From: Callorhinchus milii
Taxonomy: Eukaryota
Length of the DNA: 64,000 nucleotides
Assembly: GCF_018977255.1 (NCBI RefSeq)
Contig: NW_024704743.1
Coordinates: 51,214,001 to 51,278,000, forward strand
Direction of reading: 5' to 3'
Below, piece after piece: positions 62,480-64,000 of the stretch. Made by a program: the position numbers and the translations under genes. The stretch's first letter is position 1. Each line of letters starts with the position of its first letter. Below the pieces are notes generated by a model. The model was not told the DNA's origin, did not search any database, and saw only the letters and a program-made list of their open reading frames with translations.

Positions 62480-63365
62480 GCCAACTTCGCTGAAGGTAGA
62501 TGTCCGTCATATAGCTGATGAGGATACTGAGGCTTGGGGCAACAGCTGCTAGAAGATGTTATCTGGAGTCCGAGTTTTTGAGTACATGTTTATACATGCA
62601 GGGCTTGGAATCCACCTTGATTAGTTCCAGAGAGATAAGCAGCTGCTGCTCAAGCTCTGCACCTCCAACTGGTGAATCATCATTGAGTGGGAGGGGATGT
62701 GTGTCCGAGCTGTGGGCAGGAAGATGGTGTGGTGTCAATGCTCTCATACATTTCATACTGGGTTGTGTTGTCCACCAGGAAGCTCACTAGGAGTTCCTGA
62801 TACCCAGCATCCACCTCGTGAGAGCTCAAATCTGCACTTGTAAGATGTCAAACAACCATTTAATAATTGTCCTCTGTGGGGGGGGGGAAGTGGGGCCTCC
62901 TTGGAGGTGAACTGGCTCTACGATGATGTGTTTATCAATGGAGTGCTAGAATCAAGCGAATCCTGTGTATTCGTCTCTTTAGCCCAATTCCTGAGCCAGG
63001 CAGGCCCTCAGTACTTAAGTGCATTGCTGATGACAGCACAGCCATCCTGGCTCATCGGCAGGACCTGAAAGGGCAGACTAGTCATTGGCTTGCAGGGTCT
63101 CTTCCCACTCAACTCCTGTTAACCCTGCAAGCCAAAACCCTAACGGGGAGGATGGGCTTAGCTGCACAAGCAGTGAGAAAGCTTGTCAGACAGAGTTCTC
63201 AATGGCAGACTGTGCAGGTTTAGCTGGTTAGACTCCAAAAATATCCAACGCACATTCTGGAGTCCCCCAAGCCTTGTTTCTTGTTAACATGCGCTTAATA
63301 CTGTCCAGAATTAGGTAAGCAGAATGCGTCCCTCCAGGGAAAGAGGGTGCATTCCATTCCAAACA
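62480..63365 (+). mobile_element. CCHC-knuckle non-LTR family, copy D (ORF2 C-terminus remnant + 3' UTR)
   Basis: KQLLLKL(C/R)TSN..CPSCGQED (62702) / NALIHFILGC (62737, frameshifted)..AQFLSQA; aligns to copies A-C. Confidence 0.75.
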
Positions 63366-63389
63366 GCCATGCAGTGAATGACCGACTCA

Positions 63390-63542
63390 ACAGGAGGATT
63401 TTAAAGGGGGAAAGGTAGATTTTTGGAAAGTAAGGGTATTAAGAGATACCCGGAAATATAGGGAAATGGGATTAACTATTTTCCATGATATAATAAAATA
63501 GAGCAATAGGATCAGTGGGCTGAATGGCCACCTAATATTCCC
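63390..63542 (+). mobile_element. CR1 3' tail
   Basis: GTAGATTTTTGGAAAGTAAGGGTATTAAGAGATA..GGGCTGAATGGCCACCT. Confidence 0.7.
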
Positions 63543-63764
63543 ACGTTCAGAAGAGGAGGTGATAAAAAGGGAGTAAATTGGCAGAAAAAATTGTTTATGT
63601 GCTCCTGGGATTTGGGGTATTATTTGTGGAATGCAACTGCTCAGATTTTTTTCTTCTGTCTGGAAATTTTCTCCACTGCTCTTATTCACTGTATTGTGGA
63701 TAACCATGTTGTGCAGATAGTGTGCCACAAAGTATTAATGTTACTTACTACACCGTACAGAGTT

Positions 63765-64000
63765 TTGCACAAATATATGCAATGGTAGTGACAATTTCAA
63801 GCCTCATGTAAGGTTTTTAACCCATAGCCCAGATGATACTCTAATGCAGTACTCATGATGCTGCATTACCAGAAGTGCTATCCTTTGAATGAGGGATGAA
63901 GCCAAGGTCTGACATTATTTGAAAAAAAATAGAAGCTTCTCCTGGTCCCCTGGCCAACAGTCATCTAGATAAATTGTTTAGTCACTTCATGGCAGTTTCT
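63765..64000 (+). mobile_element. Degenerate DeuSINE (runs off the window end)
   Basis: GATACTCTAATGCAGTACT..GCTGCATTACCAGAAGTGC..CTCCTGGTCCCCTGGCCAAC. Confidence 0.55.

Noticed and set aside
62490..62530. Minus-strand ISYMTDIYLQ resembling an RT YxDD motif
   Set aside because: Both copies have TD rather than DD, and truncation polarity plus the CCHC motif show the element is on the plus strand
1..64000. CRISPR arrays, operons or prokaryotic defence systems; known miRNA hairpins
   Set aside because: No regularly spaced repeat-spacer array and no gene-dense coding; I recognised no mature miRNA sequence, though a miRBase/Rfam search was not possible

Overview
This is AT-rich vertebrate non-coding DNA (intergenic or deep intronic) densely filled with transposable elements. 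I recognise no host protein-coding exon, true tRNA/rRNA gene or CRISPR array. The repeat set suggests a cartilaginous fish, probably a holocephalan such as elephant shark (inference only): a tRNA-headed Deu-domain SINE with a (TTA)n tail, older AmnSINE/SacSINE-like DeuSINEs, L2 LINEs with (TTG)n tails, and CR1 3' ends. Main contents are about 20 SINE copies or fragments, a ~3.3 kb apparently full-length single-ORF L2 (37334-40639) inserted inside another L2, and four same-strand copies of a decayed non-LTR retrotransposon with a C-terminal CCHC knuckle. There are also a solo LTR, two palindromic MITEs, and several TE-poor blocks that could hold conserved enhancers. The most unusual observations are an identical CR1/SINE junction present at two loci 27.5 kb apart and recurrent ~57-bp insertions made only of the L2 3' stem-loop and tail. 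I found no convincing novel multi-gene system. Boundaries were read by eye and are approximate unless a target-site duplication (TSD) is quoted.
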